Part shown: positions 53,659 to 62,513 of the stretch, piece by piece
Layout of the letters: each line of letters opens with the position of its first letter
Position numbering within the stretch: position 1 is the stretch's first letter
IMG/VR virus record: IMGVR_UViG_3300012007_000009
Span: 32,001-96,000 of that record
DNA: 64,000 nucleotides
Reading direction: 5' to 3' (one strand)
Source: a virus
Taxonomy: Duplodnaviria; Caudoviricetes
Notes under the pieces: generated by a model
The model's database searches: none
What the model was told of the DNA's origin: nothing
Seen by the model: the letters and a program-made list of their open reading frames with translations, nothing else
Position numbers and translations under genes: made by a program

Positions 53659-56060
53659 ACTACGCGGCCCCTGTTCTTGAAAGGAATAGTTATCGTCTGC
53701 ACTTCGCCCGCGGGCACTATGACGCCGAGTATAAGGTAGATGCCGTTGGGACCGACATCCTCCACGCTGCACTGCTCGTACACCAGCCTAATCCTGGGCT
53801 CGTATTCCTGAATGGCGGCGAAGCACTCCTGCAGTATGTCGTTCTGGTACCCGCCGGTGCGTAGACTGAATATGCGCTCCTCGATGTTGGTACCGAATTC
53901 GGGGTTGAACAGCCGTTCGCCCTTCCGGGTGAGAAGGCAGCTGTACAGGTTCTGTATCATGCTGTTCTCGTCGGTAATCTCGGTGAATCCCTTGTAGCCG
54001 AAATCTCTGTTGTACGAGGCGCTTCGGCTTACATTGGCATCTATTACGCCGGGTTTCATCCGGTCGTTGAGCTTGACCACCCTGGGGACCACCACCAGGG
54101 CGTTGACGGTCGCGGTTTCGCTGCACGGTTCGGCAACCCCGGGAACCCAGTCGGAATTAGTGGGCTTCTTCATCACGGTCAGGCTTATGTTGCCGCCATA
54201 TCCCCGGGGCATCTCGAAAGTGAGCGTGGACCCGTCGTTCGTCCTGACCGGCACCCACTTTGCGGGGTCATCCTCGTTGCCGAGGCGCACCCGCATGTTA
54301 CCGGCAAGGAAATCGAACGAGGCGCTGTTCATCGACATCACGGAAACTACGTCGCCCGGGCTTATGACATCGGGCATGACCTTGACAGGGATGGGCACGA
54401 ACTCGCCGGAGTCCTCGCCGGCGGCGTACGTTATCCTGAAGCATGGCGTGCCCGGCCCTTCGGCCCCGAGCAGGACCTCGGCCCCGGTACGTCCATACAG
54501 GGTGAAGGCGAGCGACACCGGCCTACCGGTTGCGCACCACTTCTCGCTGGTGGACGAGGGTACCTCGAAGGTAAACACCCGGGCCTGGCTCTCGTAATCG
54601 CAGGTCTGCTCGTCCCCCTCGTCTGACTGTATGGGCATGCGGGCCAACGGGATGGCCGAAATCTTCTTGCTGACCGCAGTTGCGTTGTCGCCGGTATCCC
54701 AGAAACTGTCGGCAAGGGGAGACATGCATATGTCAGTGAGCACCTCGGTGCTGGCCTTGACCAGAACCTCCACCAGGAACTTCCTTCCCGTTCCCCCCTC
54801 GGCGGCTACCGGCGGGTTGAACTTTATGACGGCGAATTTCCCGTCGCAAACCGCAATCGTGCTACCGTCGACCCCGCCCCCCTTGTCCGGGTTGGCCAAG
54901 TCGAACGCCCCGTACAGTGACGGGTAGAGTATGACGGCTTCGTTCTCGATGGTGGAACCGTTGTTCACGCTCGGCTCGGTCGTGGCGTTCCTGGCGGGAG
55001 CCTTGAGAGTTCTACGGAGAAGCTTCTTGGTGGATACGGGAGGTTCCCGTTCCGGGTAAGGGCCGTAATTCGCCGGGACATCCTTGGCCGGCGTCCTGGG
55101 CGCGTAGGCGATTGAATCTATATCCAGCCCAAGGGCTATGTTCCTGCTGCGGCACACGAACGCATTGGCCGCGCCGCCATTCGCCGGCCTGATGTCGATT
55201 ACCGCGTTGGCTACTACGGTGGAGCCTCCCCTGCAGAGGGTAATCCTGTCCCCGTTCTTGAACGTATGTGCCGGCCATATGACGACCGCTTCGGACATTC
55301 CCGCGATGGCAGTTTTATCAACAAGATATTCACAAGTTATCCACTTTGTAGCAACAGCTAATTCACAATTCTCGTATTTAGTCGTCTGACAGCCGAACCC
55401 CGTGAAGAACCTGGTCCTGTAGGTGAACGAATTGTCCGCGGTCACCGAAACTCGGTAGGTCCCGTTGAACCTCTCCCCGGCAACGCCGCATGAATGGTCG
55501 GTCCTGGGAAACCCGCTCATGGTGACGGCATCGCCGTCGGCAAACCCGTGGTTTCCGCGGGTGACTACCGTCACCGTACCGGTAACCGGGTCGTATTCGG
55601 CGGACTCAATCGATACCGGCGGCAGCCTGCGTTCGATAAGCACGTTGACCGGTATGTTTCCCGAGGAATAAGTCCCGTTCAGCTTCGATTCACCGGAGAG
55701 CCTTACCGTTCTTCCCGAGGAATCCATGAACTCCAGCGAATGCTCGTACGTGTCCCCCGAGAACTCGCACACCACCTCCAGGTTGAAGGAGGAGTCGTGG
55801 GTCGAACCGGTAGTGTCGTTGTATGGGCGGCGGAACACCCCGTTCCAGTCATCGTAGGTCACCGTATCGCACGGGTTGGACGGTACCGCGTACACCCCGG
55901 TACCCGTGGCCGATGTGAGGTCGTTCATGCCGTCATACCTGAAGAATAGCCTGGCCCTGTACTCGCCCGGGTCTGGAACGTTGCCGGACATGCGCAGAGC
56001 GAAGACGTAATTCCCGGTATCCCCGGTATAGCCTGACATTTCCTCGATAACATTCAGCAT
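53655..56060 (-). CDS. Oversized gp25-like baseplate wedge protein with N-terminal beta-rich domains
   Basis: C-terminal SMIQNL...LLTRKGERLFNPEFG......F...I.EYEPRI; N-terminal HGFADGD.V...FNGTY.V repeats and an IPT/TIG-like segment. Confidence 0.8.
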   Translation of the reverse strand: MLNVIEEMSGYTGDTGNYVFALRMSGNVPDPGEYRARLFFRYDGMNDLTSATGTGVYAVPSNPCDTVTYDDWNGVFRRPYNDTTGSTHDSSFNLEVVCEFSGDTYEHSLEFMDSSGRTVRLSGESKLNGTYSSGNIPVNVLIERRLPPVSIESAEYDPVTGTVTVVTRGNHGFADGDAVTMSGFPRTDHSCGVAGERFNGTYRVSVTADNSFTYRTRFFTGFGCQTTKYENCELAVATKWITCEYLVDKTAIAGMSEAVVIWPAHTFKNGDRITLCRGGSTVVANAVIDIRPANGGAANAFVCRSRNIALGLDIDSIAYAPRTPAKDVPANYGPYPEREPPVSTKKLLRRTLKAPARNATTEPSVNNGSTIENEAVILYPSLYGAFDLANPDKGGGVDGSTIAVCDGKFAVIKFNPPVAAEGGTGRKFLVEVLVKASTEVLTDICMSPLADSFWDTGDNATAVSKKISAIPLARMPIQSDEGDEQTCDYESQARVFTFEVPSSTSEKWCATGRPVSLAFTLYGRTGAEVLLGAEGPGTPCFRITYAAGEDSGEFVPIPVKVMPDVISPGDVVSVMSMNSASFDFLAGNMRVRLGNEDDPAKWVPVRTNDGSTLTFEMPRGYGGNISLTVMKKPTNSDWVPGVAEPCSETATVNALVVVPRVVKLNDRMKPGVIDANVSRSASYNRDFGYKGFTEITDENSMIQNLYSCLLTRKGERLFNPEFGTNIEERIFSLRTGGYQNDILQECFAAIQEYEPRIRLVYEQCSVEDVGPNGIYLILGVIVPAGEVQTITIPFKNRGRVV
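55315..55367 (+). repeat. Five DnaA-box-like 9-mers at exact 11-bp period inside the gp25-like CDS
   Basis: TTATCAACA, ATATTCACA, TTATCCACT, GTAGCAACA, TAATTCACA starting at 55315, 55326, 55337, 55348, 55359. Confidence 0.6.
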
Positions 56061-56072
56061 ATCAATCTAATC

Positions 56073-59000
56073 CTACGCAATTTCGTTGAACCGGAGGAAA
56101 CTCGTGCCCCTCAGTGTATCATATATGCTGTCCAGCCTGTCTATGATACCCGGGTCATCCGATAAGCCGACTCCGGCTGCGCCGTAGAAGCCCAACCTAG
56201 AATCGTAGTCCCTGTCGACCGAGTCCATGTTCTTGGGTACTCCCCCTAGCAGGCACATCAGTTCGTCCAGGGCAACCCCGCCATCGCCGACGTCGTAGCC
56301 CACGATGGCGTTCACCACGTCCTGCCCGTACTCGGACCACAACTCGTCAAGCGGTTGCCACTTCCCGAATATGTCGGGAATCCCGGACATCATGTCGTCC
56401 CCGTTGCCGAGAGCCGAGTAATTCGCCTCCCTGAGGGCGATGCAGATGTACAGGAGTGACAGAAGGAGGAGAAGGGCCTCGCTGCGGTCGCCATACTTGA
56501 TATACTCATCCCGAATCCAGACACTCACATCGGCAGGCGACTCGTCCATTACACGGAAATCTGCACTACGCAGCGCATCGTACTCTTCCGGGGAAAGCGT
56601 ATCGTCGCCACACTTCCTTATCCATGCATGGGCATTGAGATAGGCGGGCTTTGAAGCAAGGCACTCCTCGTATTTACGCAGCCGTTTACGCAACACCGAC
56701 GCCGGGACGTCCATATCGGCACTGCCGGCCTTTCCCACTTCTTCCGGAGGAACCAGCCTGCCTTTCCCGGCACCATTGGCATCGAATATGGACGAAGCCA
56801 TGAATCGGAGGACACACCACTCGTAGAACTCTGGCTCGTTGGACCTGTCGGGCGGTTCATCGGAACCTGCCTCTATAATGGCCTCACGGGAGCCATACTT
56901 TTCCTTGATGTACCTGAATACTTGGTTGATTACGGGCGCAGTGGTGACATCCGCGTTGTGCTTCTTGGCCATGCTGGCCAGGAACTTCTTCACGAAGGCG
57001 AACACCTCGGCAGGGCTGCACTTGCCAGCCTCCGACGAAATGCCTTCGGTCACCGCCCCGTTTGCGATGGTTTCCTTCACCAGGGTTGCCAGGTTCACGC
57101 TGGGCATCAGCTTCATCAGGTCGCCGTTGTCGTAGTCGCCGCTTTTCAGCTTCCGCTTTATCGCGTCCACGCTGTCGATTCCGGTCTCGAATGTATCGAA
57201 CCATTTCAGCATGGCATCGAGCATCTTCCACAGGAACTGCCTCCTGATGCCGTACTTTATCGGACTCTCGCTGGCATCGATTTCCTCGGCTTTCTGTTTC
57301 GCGTAATATTTCCATACGGCCAGGATGCTGTCGCCCACCAGGTCCCTGTCCTCCGGCGTGATATCTATGCTGATGTTGAGCCCTTCCGCCGTCAGTCCCG
57401 ACTCCACACCGAATTCATGGAAGCAATCCGACACTTTCTCGAGGACCGAGGAGAAGAACTTTGCCTTTTCCGCATGGTCCGCATCCTCGGAAGGTATGTC
57501 TTCCTTGCTGAAACCGAGTCTCCCGTAGAACGGCGTAATGTCGTCGTTCACCCTGAGGTAAGTATCGACATATGCCGCGACCGCGTCGAACTGGACATTA
57601 CCGGAATCGGCATCCGCATTTATCGCGCCGTGCCCGGATGAAATTTTTGCCATGGCGCTGTTCGACATATCGTCATCCGACTCGTAATCCGTGTGCTGCA
57701 GCTCGTCGCCGCGGACGGTCGGGCCGGTTTCCGACTGTATGAACCCGAAGAGCGGCTCGGGTGGCGGGGTGACGACTTTCAACTGACCGTCGACAAAGCT
57801 GTTCTTCTTGCCTTGCTGGGCAGTGTAATCACCGTGCAGCAGTTCCGCTATGCTGGGGGAATCGAACGTGTACATCGTGCTCTTCGTATCCGAAAGCATG
57901 CGGTCCAAGTCGGAGCACGCGTCGTCGAGCACACCCTTCTCCGCCACGGTCCCGTTCTTGAGCAACTTGATGTTCCTGCCGTCTCGGATACGACCCAGCT
58001 CCTTCCGGAGCAGCTCCGCGCAATTCCTGGACATCGTGACCCCGGTCTCGATATCCTTCGGGACGGTGATGAAGCAGGAATGCGCGATATACTTGTCTCC
58101 GACTTTCGTCAGCGTGGGGGATACGTGGTATTTCTTCTTGAAATTACTGTTGCCCATGAATATCAGTTCGGCAGCCAGCTTGTCCGCGGTAAGCCCGTGG
58201 GCCTTCAGCCTGGCGATTGCCGCGGAATTCCTGCTATCCATGCTGTCGTCGCTCATGACGGAAAGTACGCCCTTCACCAGGTCATACGGCGCCGCGTATA
58301 CCGAGCCCGTCTTGGTACTGGGATATGTATACCCGGCCAGCTTCATTTCCGCACGGTCAATGCTTTCGTCGGAAGCCATTGCCTTGGACCTGGAAGCGGT
58401 CGCGCGCACCTGGTTCGACTTGGCCTTCATGTCGGGAGCATCCAGGGTATATCCCCTGTACAGGTCGCCGGCCAGCCTAGGCTTTCCCCCGGTCGTGCCC
58501 ATGATGTGGGAATTCACTTCCCTGGCGACCTTGGCCATCGTATCCCGTTCGAACAGGTTCACTAGCTTGTCTGGGTTCTGCAGTATGTACATGTAGGCAT
58601 TCTTGCCCATGCTCAGGTAGGCGAGGGACGCCAGCGTCTCTATGGTCAGGGGGTTCTCGGGCAACCCGGGAGGCACGCAGTCGGCATCGTGGGCCGCTAT
58701 GCCGAGCCGCTCCATGTTTTCCCAGTCAATCTGCGATGGCGCCTTCGCATATTCATCGCATTCGAACCCGGATTTAAGTTCTTCCAGCCGCTGCCTAACG
58801 TCGGCATTTTCCATGGCTTCCGGGAACGCCTCGTATGCGGCGACAACGGATTCCTTAATCCGGCTTGCCTCGTTCACCCTGACATTCCATTCATTGTCGA
58901 ACTGTTCCCTGGCAATCTTCTTGGCCCTGGCCTCGGGCGAGGCCCCATATTCCCGCCTGTCCTTCGTCGTACCGCCATTGGGGCGTTTCTTGGGAGGCTC

Positions 59001-59291
59001 CTCGGCGGCCCCGGCATCCTCGATATGCATATCCGGGCGGGACATTATGGAGTCGAAACTGTCATCCACACCGGCTTCCGAGTAACCGATGGTGTTCTCG
59101 TCGCTGTAGTCGACCATCTGGCCGTATCTTCCCATCGAATCCATGACATCGGCATTTCCAGAATCGCCAGTAGCCGAATAGTCATCGCCGGACATGTCAT
59201 CAAACTCGCCCCTGGCTTCCAGCCTGGCGGGCATCTTGTTCAGTTTGAACCATGATTCCAGTAGTGCTCGAGGGTATATAAAACCGGCCAT
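56073..59291 (-). CDS. Large hypothetical protein (candidate virion internal protein)
   Basis: 1072 aa; ATAAACT at 59321-27; N-terminal LLES/RLEA then an acidic stretch. Confidence 0.65.
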   Translation of the reverse strand: MAGFIYPRALLESWFKLNKMPARLEARGEFDDMSGDDYSATGDSGNADVMDSMGRYGQMVDYSDENTIGYSEAGVDDSFDSIMSRPDMHIEDAGAAEEPPKKRPNGGTTKDRREYGASPEARAKKIAREQFDNEWNVRVNEASRIKESVVAAYEAFPEAMENADVRQRLEELKSGFECDEYAKAPSQIDWENMERLGIAAHDADCVPPGLPENPLTIETLASLAYLSMGKNAYMYILQNPDKLVNLFERDTMAKVAREVNSHIMGTTGGKPRLAGDLYRGYTLDAPDMKAKSNQVRATASRSKAMASDESIDRAEMKLAGYTYPSTKTGSVYAAPYDLVKGVLSVMSDDSMDSRNSAAIARLKAHGLTADKLAAELIFMGNSNFKKKYHVSPTLTKVGDKYIAHSCFITVPKDIETGVTMSRNCAELLRKELGRIRDGRNIKLLKNGTVAEKGVLDDACSDLDRMLSDTKSTMYTFDSPSIAELLHGDYTAQQGKKNSFVDGQLKVVTPPPEPLFGFIQSETGPTVRGDELQHTDYESDDDMSNSAMAKISSGHGAINADADSGNVQFDAVAAYVDTYLRVNDDITPFYGRLGFSKEDIPSEDADHAEKAKFFSSVLEKVSDCFHEFGVESGLTAEGLNISIDITPEDRDLVGDSILAVWKYYAKQKAEEIDASESPIKYGIRRQFLWKMLDAMLKWFDTFETGIDSVDAIKRKLKSGDYDNGDLMKLMPSVNLATLVKETIANGAVTEGISSEAGKCSPAEVFAFVKKFLASMAKKHNADVTTAPVINQVFRYIKEKYGSREAIIEAGSDEPPDRSNEPEFYEWCVLRFMASSIFDANGAGKGRLVPPEEVGKAGSADMDVPASVLRKRLRKYEECLASKPAYLNAHAWIRKCGDDTLSPEEYDALRSADFRVMDESPADVSVWIRDEYIKYGDRSEALLLLLSLLYICIALREANYSALGNGDDMMSGIPDIFGKWQPLDELWSEYGQDVVNAIVGYDVGDGGVALDELMCLLGGVPKNMDSVDRDYDSRLGFYGAAGVGLSDDPGIIDRLDSIYDTLRGTSFLRFNEIA

Positions 59292-59323
59292 ATGCTAGAT
59301 GACTCCCGTAAAACATTCGTAGT

Positions 59324-60298
59324 TTATACGGTGTCGGGGGTTTCCCTGGCCTGCTCCTCGTCGGAATAGTATTCCTCGTAGTCAAAGTCCGGCACGTCGG
59401 ACTCCTCGTCGGTGTCGACCCCGTCAGCTTCCATCTCGTCGCTGCGGAGCTTGTCGAAGTACATCGCGTAGGCCTGCGCCAGCTCGTCCTCGTCGACGTA
59501 CAGTACGTCGTGCGGTATGTCGTCCTGCTCGAGCATCCTGGTGCCGCAGTCAACGTAACCCCGCTCGTTGGGTACCCACACGCTGAAAACCCACCCGTCG
59601 GAACTGCACACCGAGCCGATGCACACTATGTCCGGGTTGCCGCCGCACAGCAGCACCTCGGTCCTCCCGGCAACCCCGTCGACATCGTTCTCGACGTCCG
59701 GTTCGCCTCCCATGAAGTCCTTGTCCGGCCTGAACATCGCCGACTCCGTCGCCGATATGGCGTACACGTCGAACCGGGTGCCTCCCGGGTTCTGTATCGT
59801 CCCGACGTGTTCCATCGAGTCCGGGTTGGCCGCTATGTGGGTATTCACCAGGTCGGCATCTATGCCGGTATCCTTCGACGGGACGTTCCTCCTGGTAAAA
59901 TCCACCGCGTAACGGTAGGCGTCGCACGGGTCGTCGACGTACCCGATGCTGTAGACGTGCATGTTGTCGTTCATGTACATCCCGGTGATGAACCTGCCGG
60001 CCCGGTTCACCATGGCGGCATCGTCGGTGCCGCTCCCCTCGACAACGATACCGGGGTCGAGTATGAGCGGCACTCCCCCCAGCATGTACAGGTAGATGAG
60101 CTCGACACGTATGGAGCCTATCGCCCCGCCTATCGAATATACGGGAACGGGACGGCCCTGGCATTCCGGGTCGTCAGACATCCTGTCGAGTTCGTCCTTC
60201 AGCTCGTCGACGACGTCGCTGCCGTCGTAATCCGACTGGATGACGGCGTACGGCGTCCTCACGGACGAGAGTCCGCACATGTAGCTGACCGAAGGCAT
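59324..60298 (-). CDS. Hypothetical acidic protein
   Basis: 324-aa ORF in operon with dnaJ. Confidence 0.55.
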   Translation of the reverse strand: MPSVSYMCGLSSVRTPYAVIQSDYDGSDVVDELKDELDRMSDDPECQGRPVPVYSIGGAIGSIRVELIYLYMLGGVPLILDPGIVVEGSGTDDAAMVNRAGRFITGMYMNDNMHVYSIGYVDDPCDAYRYAVDFTRRNVPSKDTGIDADLVNTHIAANPDSMEHVGTIQNPGGTRFDVYAISATESAMFRPDKDFMGGEPDVENDVDGVAGRTEVLLCGGNPDIVCIGSVCSSDGWVFSVWVPNERGYVDCGTRMLEQDDIPHDVLYVDEDELAQAYAMYFDKLRSDEMEADGVDTDEESDVPDFDYEEYYSDEEQARETPDTV

Positions 60299-60301
60299 CC
60301 G

Positions 60302-60754
60302 CTATCTCTTGACCAGCCTGAGGTTCGGCTTGCCTTCCGCCTTCTTGCCGTCGGTAGGCTCGGTCTCGGCGAGTTCCTCGGCGGTGAGCAGCTTGGACAG
60401 GTTCTCCACGATGGCGGTGAACAGCGGGGAGTCCTTGTAGGAGTCGTTGCCCTTGTTGGCTTCCCTCAGCTTCTTCATCTCCGCCTTGTAATCGGACACG
60501 CGCATCTTGATTGCCGCCCTGATTCCTGCGGGAATCTTGTCGATGTCCACGTCGAACAGCCTGTCGGGGCAGTTGCACTTGATTTCGCCGTCAACGAGCT
60601 CGATTCCGTACTCCTTCTCCTCCTCGTCGGTGAACTTCAGCAGGTCCAGGAACTCGTCGAAGTAGAAGTATGTCTGCATCGTGCTGGGCAGGTTGTGCGC
60701 GTACTTGATGATGTTGTGCCTGTCCTTGACGGTAAGCTTAACGATATTTGCCAT
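60302..60754 (-). CDS. Hypothetical protein
   Basis: 150 aa; SD-like AGAGGGG; strongly biased codons. Confidence 0.6.
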   Translation of the reverse strand: MANIVKLTVKDRHNIIKYAHNLPSTMQTYFYFDEFLDLLKFTDEEEKEYGIELVDGEIKCNCPDRLFDVDIDKIPAGIRAAIKMRVSDYKAEMKKLREANKGNDSYKDSPLFTAIVENLSKLLTAEELAETEPTDGKKAEGKPNLRLVKR

Positions 60755-60796
60755 GGGTGTCCCCTCTTGATATTTTTTCGCTTTACATGCATTAAA

Positions 60797-61789
60797 TTAT
60801 GTCTTTTCGGCCTTCCTGGCCTCCCTGAGGGCCGAATATGCCGATTTTACGGCCTCCCCGCCTTCTTCCGGGGCGAGCTCCACGTTCACCATGGCCTTCA
60901 GCCCGGTTCCGAACAGGTTCTCCACGGGATAGTCGTAGGCGAAGTCGGAAGTGCCTGGAGGCACGTCCACCGCCAGGAGCCTCCCGTATACGTCTATGTC
61001 GACGGCCGTCCCGAGGACGAAGTCCTCCGGGTGCACTCGGCGCGTTATCCTGATGAAAGGGAAGCCGTCGGGGGACATGAACGCCTCGATACCCCTCTCC
61101 TCGTCGGGCAGCGGGTTTATCTCGACCACCAGGTCGCCGTTAGGGCCCCCCTTCATGCCGTCGTTCCCCTTGCCGGTGGCCATTACCCTGGCCGTTCCCG
61201 GCGAAAGGTCGAACCCGTACTCGCATTCCCGCTCGGTCCTCCCCGTACCGTGGCACACCTGGCACTCCCCGGTGACCACGGTGCCCCTCCCGGAGCACCC
61301 CGGGCAGGTCTTCTCCTTCTTCCTGAACACAATCTTGCCGGTCGCCCCGCACCGGGGACAGTTCACCTGCTTCTCGCCGCCGATGCCGGAGCACATCAGG
61401 CACTCGCTTGACTTCGCGTACCTCACCGAAAGCCCGTACTTCCCGAATATGAAGGCTTCCATGGGCACGTTCTCCGTGACCTCTATGTCGGAACCGCGCT
61501 CGCCGCACCGGTCGTCCTCCGGCGGCTTGCCGAAGTTGCTGGCGACGTCGGATTTTCCGAACACCTGCTCCATCCAGGCGAACTTGACGGCGAACTCGTT
61601 GCCGTTCACGTACTTGCGCCGAAGCTCCGGTGTCTTTATTAGTGCGTACGCCTCGTTCAGCGCCGCCATGTCGTCCGGGTTTCCGCCGTGGTCCGGGTGG
61701 TACTTCCGGGAAAGCTCCTTGTATGCCCTGTGTATCTCGTCGTCGGTCGCGGTTGGCGGCACGCCCAGTATTCCGTATGCGTCTATCAT
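60797..61789 (-). CDS. dnaJ: DnaJ-like co-chaperone
   Basis: J-domain with HPD, four CxxCxGxG repeats, G.G..G..GGPNGDL C-terminal domain. Confidence 0.88.
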   Translation of the reverse strand: MIDAYGILGVPPTATDDEIHRAYKELSRKYHPDHGGNPDDMAALNEAYALIKTPELRRKYVNGNEFAVKFAWMEQVFGKSDVASNFGKPPEDDRCGERGSDIEVTENVPMEAFIFGKYGLSVRYAKSSECLMCSGIGGEKQVNCPRCGATGKIVFRKKEKTCPGCSGRGTVVTGECQVCHGTGRTERECEYGFDLSPGTARVMATGKGNDGMKGGPNGDLVVEINPLPDEERGIEAFMSPDGFPFIRITRRVHPEDFVLGTAVDIDVYGRLLAVDVPPGTSDFAYDYPVENLFGTGLKAMVNVELAPEEGGEAVKSAYSALREARKAEKT

Positions 61790-61844
61790 GGTGTCCTCCC
61801 TGTATAAACTACGATAAACCGGTTTGAAATCGCGAGGACATAAG

Positions 61845-62459
61845 ATGTCGGAACAGGAATTTGTAGACCTATACTACCAGGAACCACCCGAGAAGCCCAA
61901 GGACGAGAAGATTCCGACCGGACTGAACGAGGCCAAGGTCGATACAACAAACGACGCCAAGGTCGGAAAGGTCAAGGTGACCCACCCGGTAGACGGTGGC
62001 AAGAAGCATCCGAAAATCGGCTGTGCCTGGGATGCCATGGGTCCGTTGGCGGGTTCCGGGGAAAGCGGACCGTTCGACGGCCTTGCCGACGGCGAGGGCG
62101 CGCAGATTGGGGAAGGCGCGGGCGCACCGGCTCCCGCCGGGGATGTCGGTGGAGCTGCCGGTGGTGGAATGGGGGAATCCCTGAGTCCGAAGGGCCTGAA
62201 CGCGGTACTTGAGGCAATCGGGGAAAAATACCCGGATTCCGCGGCCGTCCCGCAGATTAGGCAGATGTTCAACAGCCTGCAGGACGGTGGCACCGGGAAG
62301 TTCTACTGCGGTGCCGACGGGTGCGAATCCGTGGACGACCCCATGATGAGCGATGCCGACGAGGCGGTAAGCGCCGCGGCAGCCGCGGTCGAGGCATCCC
62401 TCATGGCCTACCGGAAAATTTCCGGACGGGAATATCCGGGGTTTACCGGGGTGAACTAG
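61845..62459 (+). CDS. Hypothetical protein (candidate head internal protein)
   Basis: TATAAACT at 61803-10; LNEA/MGES/VLEA motifs; Gly/Ala linker. Confidence 0.55.
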   Translation: MSEQEFVDLYYQEPPEKPKDEKIPTGLNEAKVDTTNDAKVGKVKVTHPVDGGKKHPKIGCAWDAMGPLAGSGESGPFDGLADGEGAQIGEGAGAPAPAGDVGGAAGGGMGESLSPKGLNAVLEAIGEKYPDSAAVPQIRQMFNSLQDGGTGKFYCGADGCESVDDPMMSDADEAVSAAAAAVEASLMAYRKISGREYPGFTGVN

Positions 62460-62513
62460 AGAATAACTCCATGCAATACAAGGAAGGGGCGGCCATCGAC
62501 CGCCCCTATTCAG

